Of a stretch of DNA of 64,000 bases, positions 52,301-64,000 are shown piece after piece. Origin of the DNA: Heterodontus francisci (Eukaryota); the NCBI RefSeq assembly GCF_036365525.1, contig NC_090387.1, forward strand, positions 90,127,691 to 90,191,690, written 5' to 3'. The translations under genes and the position numbers were made by a program. Every line of letters starts with the position of its first letter. Position 1 is the first letter of the stretch. The notes under the pieces were generated by a model. The model was not told where the DNA came from, made no database searches, and saw only the letters and a list, made by a program, of their open reading frames with translations.

Positions 52301-52563
52301 CTCATGCCTTGCTCTGGAAGCACGAGAAATCTACATCGTACAACTAACAGCCAGGTTGCAAAGCATGGGCGACAATGAAGAACTGGGTATTGATTATTAC
52401 TAATAATAGTTTTATTATCTTCCTTGCAGTTGGTAGACCTTCACTCAATTATCCACTGATTGCTGGATGTACAGCGAGTGCACTGATATTTCCAGCCCTC
52501 GTCACCTTCATTGAGAGGTGTTGCCAACTCAATAATTGTAAAGGTAAAGAGCCTCCTATGTAG
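40256..52563 (+). CDS. Gene B: paralogous non-rearranging VJ-C1-TM IgSF receptor
   Basis: Exons 40256-40301, 40644-40955, 51481-51789 and 52430-52543 are all phase 1, open, with canonical splice sites. The 3' end is unresolved: read-through stop at 52561-52563, or downstream exons not found. Confidence 0.83.
40357..40575. other. Assembly gap (219 N)
   Basis: Run of N. Confidence 1.
40644..40955 (+). CDS. Gene B exon 2, germline-joined VJ-type V domain
   Basis: Acceptor TTTTATAG|CT. RVSQTP...FHC...YWW...DSGSYYC...[11 protein letters not shown]. Donor TCG|GTAAGC. 312 nt. Confidence 0.95.
41798..43039 (+). mobile_element. Probable solo LTR
   Basis: Termini TGTTACAATC...GATCATAACA (TG...CA, imperfect inverted repeat). 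No clear TSD. Confidence 0.5.
43930..46160 (+). mobile_element. 5'-truncated second copy of the 26.5-30.9 kb LINE family
   Basis: Colinear with 28720-30900 (HIEDT...[18 protein letters not shown], same 3' end). Confidence 0.92.
46160..47095 (+). mobile_element. CR1 ORF2 middle fragment
   Basis: [25 protein letters not shown]. Confidence 0.85.
47415..50850 (-). mobile_element. Long decayed CR1 including the ORF1 SGNH/GDSL esterase part
   Basis: 50503-50847 VHVGTNDI...GLHLN, then GDFN (APE), RT remnants and the 3' UTR. Confidence 0.88.
49162..49503 (+). mobile_element. tRNA-derived SINE made of the head and tail of the 26.5-30.9 kb LINE
   Basis: A box TGGCATAGTGG 49173-49183, B box GTTCAAATCC 49239-49248. 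Follows the LINE 5' UTR up to CCACTCAGTTG, then the LINE 3' end GGCAATTAG.GATGGGCAA.AAATG. Confidence 0.85.
51045..51282. mobile_element. Hairpin-shaped Penelope-repeat element with TSD and hammerhead core, in gene B intron 2
   Basis: ~100-bp near-perfect inverted repeat centred at ~51147. GAATCAAGTT at 51035-51044 and 51283-51292. CTGAAGA 51149-51155, GAAAC 51170-51174. Confidence 0.88.
51481..51789 (+). CDS. Gene B exon 3, C1-set Ig domain
   Basis: Acceptor TTCCACAG|[22 protein letters not shown]...[12 protein letters not shown]...YTCVVSH. Donor CAG|GTAAGA. 309 nt. Confidence 0.95.
52430..52543 (+). CDS. Gene B exon 4, TM ([38 protein letters not shown])
   Basis: Acceptor TTCCTTGCAG|TT, donor AAG|GTAAAG, ungapped homology to the gene A TM exon. 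Confidence 0.88.
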
Positions 52564-53227
52564 CTTCATTCTGAAACATTTGTGATTGGAAAAAAAGGGA
52601 ACAACATGACGTCAGGCAGATGAAGAAACGTTAAAGAGTGTACAGGGATGAAATTCTGTTGATATCTCGGACAACTGTAATTGGTTCCATGATCTGAAAT
52701 AGATGATTTGTCCACAAGTGGCTTAAATGCACTCAACATGCATGATAAACGAACCCCGGTTTTATCTTTTTCTGGATGCATGCCGACATAACTACTGTGT
52801 CCCCTGAACCCCCATCCCTGGTGCAGCAGGGTTAGTTTCCCCGAGATGCGCTGATTTTTTTCAGCGCAAATAGTCCGAATTCGGTCAACCCAATGCAAAA
52901 GGTTGATGAATTGTAATCAGCCATTAGGTGCAGACAATCTAGTTGCCACAATCGTTTGCGCTAGTGTCAAAAACATTACACTGGAACAAGCGCTGCCAAC
53001 AAAACCGAATGCGTACGCCCCCGGATCATAATTGCGAGTTTCCTCCAATGTCCTTCGAAGAGGGTCTTCGAATTAAGTTGTACTTTTAAGCACAAGGTCA
53101 CTAAAATGGAAATTTTAAAACCTTTTCTATGTATTTTAGTTTATGAAGGAACTGATTACTGTACATCAAATGTTACTAGTAAATGGTTCTGTTTAGCTTT
53201 TAAATTTAGATTAGTTAGATTAGGTTA

Positions 53228-54980
53228 GATTAGGGTCAATCAAGGATAGTAGTGGGAAGTTGTGTGTGGAATCAGAGGAGATAGGGGAAGCGTTAAATGA
53301 ATATATTTCGTCAGTATTTACAGCAGAGAAAGAAAATGTTGTCAAGGAGAATACTGAGATACAGACTACTAGGCTAGATGGGATTGAGGTTCACAAGGAG
53401 GAGGTGTTATCCATTTTCGCACTTTCCAAAATTGCTAAGTCCCCTGGGCCAGATGGGATTTATCCTAGGATTCTCTGGGAAGCCAGGGAGGAGATTGCAG
53501 AGCCTTTGACCTTGAACTTTATGTCGTCATTGTCGACAGGAATAGTGCCGGAAGACTGGAGGATAGCAAATGTTGTCCCCTTGTTCAAGAAGGGGAGTAG
53601 AGAGAGCCCTGGTAATTATAGACCTGTGAGCCTTACTTCGGTTGTGCGTAAAATGTTGGAAAAGGTTATAAGAGGTGGGATTTATAATCATCTTGAAAAG
53701 AATAAGTTCATTAGAGATAGTCAGCACGGTTTTGTGAAGGGTAGGTCGTGCCTCACAAACCTTATTGAGTTTTTTGAGAAGGTGACCAAACAGGTGGATG
53801 AGGGTAAAGCCGTGGATGTGGTGTATATGGATTTCAGTAAGGCATTTGATAAGGTTCCCCACGGTAGGCTATTGCAGAAAATACGGAAGTATGGGATTGA
53901 AGGTGATTTAGTGCTTTGGATCAGAAATTGGCTAGCTGAAAGAAGACAGAGGGTGGTGTTGATGGCAAATGTTCATCCTGGAGTTTAGTTCCTAGTGGTG
54001 TACCGCAAGGATCTGTTTTGGAGCCACTGCTGTTTGTCATTTTTATAAATGACCTGGATGAGAGTGCAGAAGGGTGGGTTAGTAAATTTGCGGATGACAC
54101 GAAGGTCGGTGGAGTTGTGGATAGTGCCGAAGGATGTTGTAGGTTACAGAGGGACATAGAAAGGCTGCAGAGCTGGGCTGAGAGATGGCAAATGGAGTTT
54201 AATGCGGAAAAGTGTGAGGTGATTCACTTTGGAAGGTGTAACAGGAATGCAGAGTACTGGGCTAATGGGAAGATTCTTGGTAGTGTAGATGAGCAGAGAG
54301 ATCTTGGTGTCCAGGTACATAAATCCCTGAAAGTTGCCACCCAGGTTAATAGGGCTGTTAAGAAGGCATACAGTGTGTTAGCTTTTATTAGTAGGGGGAT
54401 CGAGTTTCGGAGCCACGAGGCCATGCTGCAGCTGTACAAAACTGGTGCGGCCGCACCTGGAGTATTGCGTGCAGTTCTGGTCACCGCGTTATCGGAAGGA
54501 TGTGGAAGCTTTGGAAAGGGTGCAGAGGAGATTTACTAGGATGTTGCCTGGTATGGAGGGAAGGTCTTATGAGGAAAGGCTGAGGGACTTGAGGTTGTTT
54601 TCGTTAGAGAAGGAGGAGGAGAGGTGGCTTAATAGAGACATATAAGATAATCAGAGGGTTAGATAGGGTGGATAGTGAGAGCCTTTTTCCTCGGATGGTA
54701 ATGGCAAACACGAGGGGACATAGCTTTAAGTTGAGGGGTGATAGATATAGGACAGATGTCAGAGGTAGTTTCTTTACTCAGAGAGTAGTAGGGGCGTGGA
54801 ACGCCCTGCCTGCAACAGTAGTAGTCTCGCCAACTTTAAGGGCATTTAAGTGGTCATTGGATAGACATATGGATGAAAATGAAATAGTGTAGGTCAGATG
54901 GTTTCACAGGTCGGCGCTACATCGAGGGCCGAAGGGCCTGTACTGCGCTGTAATGTTCTATGTTCTATTCTGTGTTCTAT
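53228..54980 (+). mobile_element. Young 5'-truncated CR1 LINE
   Basis: Long RT ORFs (HGFVKGRSCLTNLIEFF, FADDTK) with few frameshifts; TGTTCTA tail. Confidence 0.95.
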
Positions 54981-55599
54981 TATTTTCAATTATTTAAAAT
55001 CGGGTTACTCACAAGTACGGGACTAGACACTTCGATTAAAAATATTTAGTTTTGTCATAATTCCATTTTCAGCTGTATTAATAAAGTTGCACCACAGCAT
55101 CACTCTTAAATGTATCAATGAATGTTATTTAATGCACGTTTTAAATTGCACTTTAATATGCTGCCTGTTTGCGCTGGTTCATGGCAATGTTTCGGCAATA
55201 TGCAAATTAGGTTCAGTGAAAACGTGAGGAAAACATTCTTCTCAAAACTGGCACATTTGTGAACGGACTTTGCGTCCGCTCGCTAATTATGCCCAAAGCA
55301 GAAAGTCTAAAGGAAAGTTGCCTCTGCACCAGCCCATCACATATTCACAATGCAGATTCAGAATAAATCTGCCTCTCCAGAGTGTGAAGCATCGAGTGAT
55401 CGGGGAGTGCTTCATATTAGTCGGGAAATTGGTACAAGTGGTAAGTCAGTGCAGAGGGGTAAGGAGATGCTGCTTTTTGTTTGTCGTTAACTCCTGTAGC
55501 TGATGAGTGTTACTCTTTTGTCTCTAAACTAGGAGATTAACTTGATATTGCTTTAATTTACTAAATTAGCAACAAATTAAATAATCAAATAAATACATA

Positions 55600-58500
55600 C
55601 ATAAGGTGAGACACATTTGAAAGGGCAGGTGGTGTGTTATAACTGCAACACGTGGGATTTTATGGAAAACATCTCAGACAGCCATATCCATGGTAAGTAT
55701 CTGCAGCTCCGGTAACTTTGGCCCAGAGTTGTTGCATTGAAGTCTAAGCTCCAGACAATGTGGGCTATCAGGGAGGGGAGAGTCACCTGTACGCTTTGTT
55801 CCAGGAGGCAGTCACACCCCTTAGGTTAGGTTAAATAGAACTTTAAAGTTGGTCAATAGTCAGGAACAGGTGGGTGTGACTGCAAGTGAGGCACAAGGAT
55901 CTAGGATGTACTGATGTACTTGCTACCTCTGTGGATGAGAACAAGAACTGCAGGTTGGATGGATAAACGGACCATAGAACTATGGTGCAGGAAGCCAATC
56001 ATGTGGGTGGAATAAAAAAGAATGTGGTAGTGATAGGGCACATAGGGAAGAGTGTTATGAATACCGGACTTTGTAACTTGATTGTTTTAAAATGATTTTT
56101 AATGTAGTGTAAAGATAGAGCTGGAGGAGGCATGCAACCTCATATCAACTCTGCTAAAAGACATGACAGGAATATTGGTTACTTGGACAAGAAGAAACCC
56201 AGATCAAAGATCCTTTTGAAAAGCACATAATGCAAGATTATAACACCCGACAGACGATGGGTTTCGGTTTCCCAGACTCTCAGATCATAAACAGGGAGCC
56301 AGTGGCTCTGAAAATGCAAATTCGAGTTACAGTTGCTAACATCTGGAAACAAAGGAAGGCCTGAGTGGTTCTGCTATAGCCAGACTTGTGGGCTCTGTAT
56401 ATTTAAAAAGCAAATGACTATTGCCCTTTTGATTCTGGATAAATTCTACAGACTTTGAGAAATCTGCAGGCTGTAAGGAAGATGGGAAGACAACGAGTAG
56501 TGCTGGCAGCCTCAGGAGGGAGAGAGACAGAGTACACCTGCTCTTGGAACACTGATACAGCGAAAGGCTACAAAAACTTGAAACTGAGTTGAAAGTTGAG
56601 GTTTGCAGAGAAGGAAAAGAACAACAGGGTCACCAGAGAACGCCTTATTCACAGAAGTCCAAATTAAAAGTGCTTGAAAGATGTGAGCAAAGAGGACATT
56701 GACTTTGAGACTGTCTGGGAGATATAGCCCACTGCAACTGGGAGGAGTTTGGGTCTTTTAGCTGCAAAGATTTTGCTTCAAGGAGGACAATGTAATGTAT
56801 AAATGTGTGAATTTTGAGGTGTTTTATTAAGTGAAGAAAATATCTTTCTCTATAGCTTGGAGTATCAGTTACTTACTAAGTACTATTTAGTTAATGGTGA
56901 TTTTATTTTAGTTTCGTTGTTATAATAAAAGCTTTAAAATGTTAAATCTTGCTGTCTAATTCTTTAACTTGGTCCAGGGAGTTTGTATGTCGTGTTTTAA
57001 TGTGAACAGCCTCACTGGGGCTGTAACAGTTGATACTGCTCTCTGCAGCTGGGTGGCTACCAGGTGCTAGGGTTAAAGACATCTCCCCATTGCTGGAGAC
57101 AAACTTATAGTGTGAAGGGGACAATCCAATTGTCATGGTCCACGTAGGAACTAACTACATTGAGAGAACTAGGAATGATTTTCAGCTGAGAGAGTTTGAG
57201 GAGTTAAGACTCCTAATTAAAATGCAGAACTTCAAAGGTAATGATTTCTGGATTGTCAGCTGAGCCACAGGCCAAGTGGTATAGGGTCAATCGAATTAGA
57301 GAATTAAATGCGTGGCTCACAGAGTTGGTGTGGGACGAGGGGGTTTCGATTCATGGGGCACTGAGACCAATACTGGTGAATAAGAGAGCTATTTCGTTGG
57401 AATGGGCTCCATTTAAACTGGGCTGGGATCAGTAGCCTGGTGAATAGTATAACTAGGGCTGTGGATAGAGCTTTAAACTAAAAGAGGTGGGGGAGGGGGT
57501 CATGTGAAGGAAGATTTAGAAAGCTAAAAAGAAAAGTCGAGGCAACAGAGCAGTGACGAATAAGACAAGCAAAGTAGGACAGAAAAAGAAAGTTTAATGG
57601 TAATAGTGCATTAGTCAATAAGATCTATGTAATGAATGTAATCTATGTAATGAATAACAAATAAAATTAAAGGCTCGTTATCTGAATGCATGAAGCACTT
57701 GTAATAAGATAGTTGCACCAATAGAGATGAATGGTTCCAATCTAATCGCCATTACAGAGACATGGTTAGAAGGTAACTGAGGTTATGAAATAAATATTCC
57801 GGGGTACACAACAGGCAGAATGGAAAAGGAGGAGGAGTCTCCCTGATAGTAAAGGATCATATCAGAATGGTAGTGAGAAAGGATTTGGGCTCAGATGATC
57901 AGGGGGTAGAATCAGTATGGTGGAGATCATAAAGTGCTGGTGGGTGTAATTTATAAGCCCCCCAACAGTTGTTATGCCATTGGACAGCGCATTAAGCATG
58001 AAATAATTGGATCTTGTAAAAAAAGGCAATGTAATAATCGTGGGGGACTGCAATCTTCATATAGATGGTACAAATCAAATTGGCAAAAGTAGTCTGGAAG
58101 CTGAGTTTGTAGAACACTTTCATGACATTTCCCTGAAACAATACGTCGTGGAATCAACTGGGATAAAGCTAATTTAGATCTCGTATTATGCACTGAGGTA
58201 GGGTTGATTAGTAATGTCATAGTAAAAGATCCTCTGGGAAAAAGTAATCATAATACAATTGAATTCCATATTAAGTTTGAGAGCGACATACTCCAGTCGC
58301 AAAGAAGCACTTAAATTTACACAAAACCAATTACATAGGTATAAGGTGAGAGCTGAGTAGGGTTGATTGGGTATATAGACTGAAATGTATGATGTTAAAT
58401 AAGTTGTGGAAAACATTCAAAGAAATAATTCAAAACGTTCAACGATAATACATTCCAGTTAAACACAAAATAAAACTCCACGAGAAAGATCTATTCATGG

Positions 58501-60425
58501 ATTACTAGAAAAGTTAACAATAATATTAGATTAAAAGAGGCTTCAAAGAAGAATAGTAAGTTTAGTGATTGGAAGAGTTTAGAAACCAGCAAAGGTGACC
58601 AAAATGTTGATGAAAAGGAGTAAAAAGAATATGAGAATAAATTAGCCTGGAATCTAAAAAACAACAGATAGTTCTAAGAGCTTTAGAAAGTATATAAAAT
58701 GAGGACAGTAGCTAAAGCAAATGTCCCTTAGAGGTAGAGACAGGAGAAATTATCACGGATAATAAGAAAATGGCAGAGATGTTGAACAAATATTTTGTGT
58801 CCATCGTCACAGTAGGAGACATAAATTTCATACTAGAAATAGAGGGTAACCAATGGGCTAATAATATGGAGAAAATTAAGGTAATTAATAACTGCAGAGA
58901 AAAAGTATTGGAGAAATTTAAGGAACTAAAAGCCGAAAAATCTCCAGGATCTGATGATCTACATCTAGTTGCAGAGATACTGGTTGCACGGGTTACGATT
59001 TTCCAAAATTCCCTAGATTCTAGAACATTCCCGGTGCATTGGAAGTTAGCAAATAAAGCGCCTCTATTCAAGAATGTAGGGAGAGAGAAAACAGGGAACT
59101 ACAGGCCAGTTACCCTGACATCAGTCGTGTTAAAATTGTTAACAATTACCTTTGACAATCATAGCGTGATCAGACAGAATCAACATGGTTTTACGAAAGG
59201 GAAATTGTGTTTGACAAATGTGTTACGGTTTTTGAGGCTGTAACGAGTAGAAGTGATAAAGGGGGAACCAGTAGATGTAGAATACTTGGATTTCCAAATG
59301 GCAATCAATAAGTTACCACATGAAAGGTTAATATACAAGTAAAGGGCTCATGGATGTCGGGGCAATATAGCAGCATTAGGATGGGAGATTGGTTCATGGA
59401 CAGGAAGGAGACAGTAGAGATAAATACGGCATTTTCGAGCTGGCAGGCAGTAATAAGTGAAGTGCCACAAAGATCAGTGCTAGGTTCTCAGCTATTAACA
59501 ATCTATATTAATGACTAAGAAGAAGAAAACCGAGAGTAATGCATCCAAGTTTGCCGAAAATACTAAGTTAGGTGGGAATGTAAGCTGTGAGATGGACAGT
59601 GAGAGGCTGCAAAGAGCTAGAGACAAATTACGTGAGTGGGCAATACATTGTGCATTGAGTATAATGTGGGGAAATGTGAGGTTATTCACTTTGACATTAA
59701 GAACAGAAAAGCAGATTTTTTTTTAAGGAGTGAAAGACTTCTTAAATGTTGTTGTCCAAATGTACCTGGGGTTACTTGTACAGGCCACACTGAAGATTTT
59801 GCATGCAGGTAACAGCAAGCAATTGCAAAGGCAGATGGCATGTTCACCTTTATTGGAGTACAAGTAGAAGGACAATTTGCTGCATTTATATAGGAATTTG
59901 GTGAGACCATACCAGGAGTACTGTATTTAAGTAAGGAATTACTTGCCTTAGAGATGGTACAGAGAACGTTCAGCAGATTGGTTCCTGGGATGACAGAGCT
60001 GTCTTATGGCGAGAAGCTAAGTAAACTGTGCCTATACTCTCTAGAGTTTAATAAAAAGGAGAAGTGATCTAATTGAAACATACAAGACTCCAAAGGGGGT
60101 CGACAGGGTAGATGCTAGGAGGTGTTTTCCCCTAGCTTATGAGGCTAGAATAGGGGGGACAGTCTCAAGATAAGGGGCCGATCATTTAGAACTGAGATGG
60201 AGGAGAAATGTTGTGAGTCTTTGGAATTCTCTGCTCAGATGTCTGTGGATGCTCTATCCTCCAGTATATTAAAGGTTGAGATAGATCTTTGGTCTCTCAG
60301 GGAATCAAGGGATCTGGGAAAGGGCTGGAAAGTGCAGTTAAGGCAGAAGATCGGGCATGATTGTATTGAATAGCCAGTAGGTGCCAGGGCCATATGGCCT
60401 ACACCTGCTGATATTTCTTCTATCC
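55600..60425 (+). mobile_element. Near full-length old CR1 (ORF1 esterase, APE, RT) interrupted by an LTR
   Basis: VHVGTN at ~57138, YLNA and ITETW APE remnants, RT remnants, 3' UTR. Confidence 0.82.
56053..57028 (+). mobile_element. Probable solo LTR inserted in CR1 ORF1
   Basis: TGTTATG...CTGTAACA termini, AATAAA near 56924. CR1 ORF1 resumes immediately after 57028. Confidence 0.65.
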
Positions 60426-60430
60426 TTATA

Positions 60431-61199
60431 GGCTGAGTTTTACAAGCCTCTCAACGTCAGGGGTCATGGCGTGGGTGGGGGGCATAAAATTCTACCGGGA
60501 GAGGCCTGCCTCGATCCGCAAAGTCAAGAAGGCCCTGCTGGATATTAGCAGTGGCAGATAGGCCCCGGTGCAGCCCCCACGATGCTGGGTGGTGGGGCGT
60601 TCATCTAAATATTTAAATGAGCATTAATAAAATGAAAATTAACTTGCCTGCTGACAGCGGCCATCCCACGCCGAATTTACATTCGTGCAGCTTCCGAACA
60701 CCATTGGAGTTCCCAGGCGAGACACTGGTGGGGAGGAATGAAATTATCAGGGCAGGAGGGATGGGGAGTGGGGAAAACACTTTTTATTGGCTGTGGGGAT
60801 ATTGGGAAGGGGTTGAAGGGTAAATGTCAGATGGTTGGGGTGGAACGTTCAGGTCGGGAATAAAATAAGTTTTGTGGATTTAGGGCAATGAAATGACCAA
60901 TGATGGGGTGGGGAGGGGGGGGGGCGAGGATGTTGCGAAAGGGCCTCCATCTTCTAATTCTTTAATATACATTCAAAAATGTAAATTTTTGCTAAGGGTT
61001 TGAAGCTCTTTAAAATGGCGCTGGCGCCTGCATGGCGGCGTCGGACGCCATTGCCGGAGAGCCAGCGGCTGCCGGCTGTACCGCATCGGGGGCGGCCGCT
61101 CCAGCTCCTCCATTTAAATAAGCCCCGGTGCAGGGGCTGTGCGGCGGCACTTCCAGGTCGGAAGGCTGCTGCTTTTGCAGCACTGATAAAATTCAGCCC
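60431..61199. mobile_element. Non-autonomous Harbinger-like TIR element (MITE)
   Basis: TIRs GGCTGAGTTTTA / TAAAATTCAGCC (11 of 12 match). Confidence 0.65.
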
Positions 61200-62099
61200 A
61201 ATATTTCTACAGCCTTAGTAAGAATCATAGAGTCATTTACAGCACAGAAGGAGGCCATTTGGCCCATCAAGTCTATGTTGGCTCGCCACAGTGACATGCT
61301 GTCAGTCCCAGTCCCGGGCTCGAACCCTGTGGCCTTGCCAGTCTATTTCTCTCAAGTGGCCATCCAACTTCCTCTTGAAGTCAATGATTCTCTCCGCTGC
61401 CACCACATTTGTGGGCAGCGAGTTCCAGGCCATTGCCACACAATGTGTAAAAAAAGTGTTTCCTCAAATTTCCCTTGCATCTTTTGCCCAAACACTTCCA
61501 GGGTTGCATACAGTAGAAACCTTCCTCTACACTGCCTCATCAAACACTCTCAGGCCAGGCACAGGACAGCTTAGATACAGCATAAAGCCCCCTCTACCCT
61601 GAACCATCAAACACTTCTATGTGCACTACAGTATGGCTAGATACAGAGTAAAGCACTTACAGCATTCGGTAAGCACTTCCAGACCAGGTACTGCATGGGG
61701 TGGATACAAAGTAATCCTCCATCAACACTGTCCCACCAAACACTCCCAGAGCGGTTGCAGCACCGTTTAGCTAAAAAGTAAGTCACAATTCAGTTTCTCA
61801 CTGAGTGCAGAAGAGGTGATACTGCTTTTCGTTTTCTCGGAATTATTTAAATTCAAAGGATCACAACGGTATTTTATTACTTATAGTGAATTGCCAGACT
61901 TTCCAAACAGGAAGAAAAATGTGCAGAACGCAGTTACAAATTTTTTAAAAACTGCATTTCCAATAATAACATACAGATATTTATACATTTTTATTCAAAC
62001 ACTATTTCTGTAGATCTTCAATTTAGTTGCAGTTGATCCACTTGGATTCATACCGCACTCTGCTGACTAATTAATGTCCAGAGCTCACCAGAAACGTCT

Positions 62100-64000
62100 T
62101 TGATTTTTGCACTGTCTGCACTGAGTGCTGCGGAGTGTGAAGAAGGGTGTTTGGTGAGTGAGAGGGTTCAGTGAAGAGGAGAACTATAAAATAATTAATG
62201 AAAATGAATTTACTATAATTAATACAATAAAGATGGCGGGACAGGTTACAGCATGTGGGAGCTCCTGGATACCAAGGTAATTCATGGCAACCACGTCTCT
62301 AGTTAGTGTCTGCGGTTTGAGGGGCTTTGACTCAGAGTAGATGAGCTGGAGCTGAACTGCAAACATTGCTATGCATCAGGGACGGGAAAGGTTACCTGGA
62401 CACTTTGCTCCAGAAGGCACCCCTTAGGATAGGATGATCTGATTTGGTCAGTTGTCAGAGACAGGATGGTGTGACAGTGAGTCAGACAGGTAAGGGAATT
62501 GAAAAGGTGGGAGTGGAGCAGCCTCGGCCCTTGTGAGTGAGCAACAAGTTCAAGGTTCTTTCAGCTTGTATGGACAAGAGTGAGGGCTGTAATGTGGATG
62601 AGCAGACTGACCATGGCACCATGGTACAGAAAGCTATTCAAGTGAGAGGAGTTAAAAGTAATGTAGTGGTAGGAGGGGATAATATAGTCAGGGGGATAGA
62701 CGCTGTTCTCTGCAGCCAAGAGCGACAGTCCAGAAGACTGTACTGCCTGCCTGGTGCCAGGGTTCGGGACATCTGCTCATGGCTGGAGAGGAACTTGCAA
62801 TGGGAGGGGGAGGATCCAGTGGTCATGGTCTACAAAGGTACCAATGACATAGATGGGGCTAGGAAAGTGTACTGCATAAGGAATATGAGGAGCTCGTCAC
62901 TAAATTAAAAAGGAGAACCTCAGAGGTAATAATGTCTGTATTATTACCTGAGCCACGTACAAATTGGCATGGGTAAATAAGATTAGAGAGATGAACGCAT
63001 GGCTGAAAGACTGGTGTGGAAAAAGTAGGTTCCAGTTTGTGGGGCACTGGCATCAGTAGTGGGGTAAGTGGAGGCTATACCGTTGGGAAGGACTTCACCT
63101 GCACCATGCTGGAAACAGTGTTCTAGCGAGTTGCATAACTAGGGAAGTAGAGAGAGCTTTAAACTAAATAGAGGGGGGAAGGGATCAGTGGAGAAGATTG
63201 AGTAAATTAAAGGGAAATGACAAGGCAATAGATCAAGGTAGCAATAAACGTAATAATGATCAGAATATGGCAGGAAGGGACAGTGATTGTAAACTTAACA
63301 GTGTGCCAGCAGATAGGGCCAGAGGTTTCAAAAATAGTACAAAAAATTGATTAACGGTTCTTTATAAAAATGCTTGCAGTATTCGCAATAAAACGGGTGA
63401 ATTGTCATCTCAAATAGAAATTCAAATGTATGGCCTGATAGCCATTACAGAGATGTGGCTAAAAGGAAACCAAAGCTCGGACCTGAATATCCGAGAGAAC
63501 ATGACATTCAGGAAGGAAAAGAAGCTGGGAATAGGTGGTGGGTGGTGTTCATTAAAGAGGGCATTTGTACTGTAGTGAGAGATGACATGATTTCTAAAGA
63601 TCAAGATGTAGTATCAGTTTGGATGGCACTAAGAAATAACAAGGGGCATAAAACATTTCTCAGAGTTGTTTATAGGCTACCAAACAGCAGTGATAATGTA
63701 AATCAAGTATAAATCAGGAAATCAGAGGTGCATGTAACAAGGGTAATATAGTAATCATGGGGGATTTCAATCGACATATAGACTGGGAAAACTTATTAGT
63801 ACTATTATTGTGGAGGTCAAATTCTTGGAATGTATGTGAGATGGTTTCCAGAGTAGCATGTTGAGGAAGCAGCTAGGGTACAGGCTATTTTAGATCTAGC
63901 ATTGTGCAATAAAAAAGGGCTAATGAATAATCTTGTTGCAAAGGAGCCTTTAGGAAAGAGTGACCATAACATGATGGAATGGTTCCTACAGATTGGAAGG
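62100..64000 (+). mobile_element. CR1 5' part (ORF1 esterase and APE), decayed
   Basis: VVVGGDNIVRG...CLPGARVRDI...KGTNDI; APE remnants ITEMW, VVYRLPNS and SDHN. Confidence 0.85.

Noticed and set aside
62000-62075. Possible terminal exon for gene B
   Set aside because: Two weak acceptors give very short peptides with no homology to the gene A tail; cannot be supported.

Overview
Eukaryotic, repeat-dense genomic DNA, very likely from a cartilaginous fish: it carries HE1-type V-SINEs, DeuSINE/SacSINE1-like elements, abundant CR1, L2 and Penelope-like elements and Harbinger remnants. Most ORF-track entries are transposon debris or noise. The host content is two tandem, same-strand paralogous Ig-superfamily genes, gene A (5958-~12057) and gene B (40256-~52563). 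Each has leader, germline-joined VJ-type V domain, C1 domain and transmembrane exons joined by phase-1 GT-AG introns. That is an antigen-receptor-chain architecture with no RSS or split V/J segments. Gene A has an Arg in its TM segment, a candidate Tyr-containing tail and a possible Ig-tailpiece-like secreted read-through. Gene B has no TM Arg. A second candidate system is a single-ORF APE-RT LINE whose 5' end is a tRNA-type Pol III promoter and whose ~3 kb body almost lacks TTTT terminators; a SINE made of this LINE's head and tail is also present. Penelope repeats carry minimal hammerhead ribozyme cores, and two form hairpin elements with target-site duplications. All alignments and scans were done by eye. 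Repeat boundaries are approximate.
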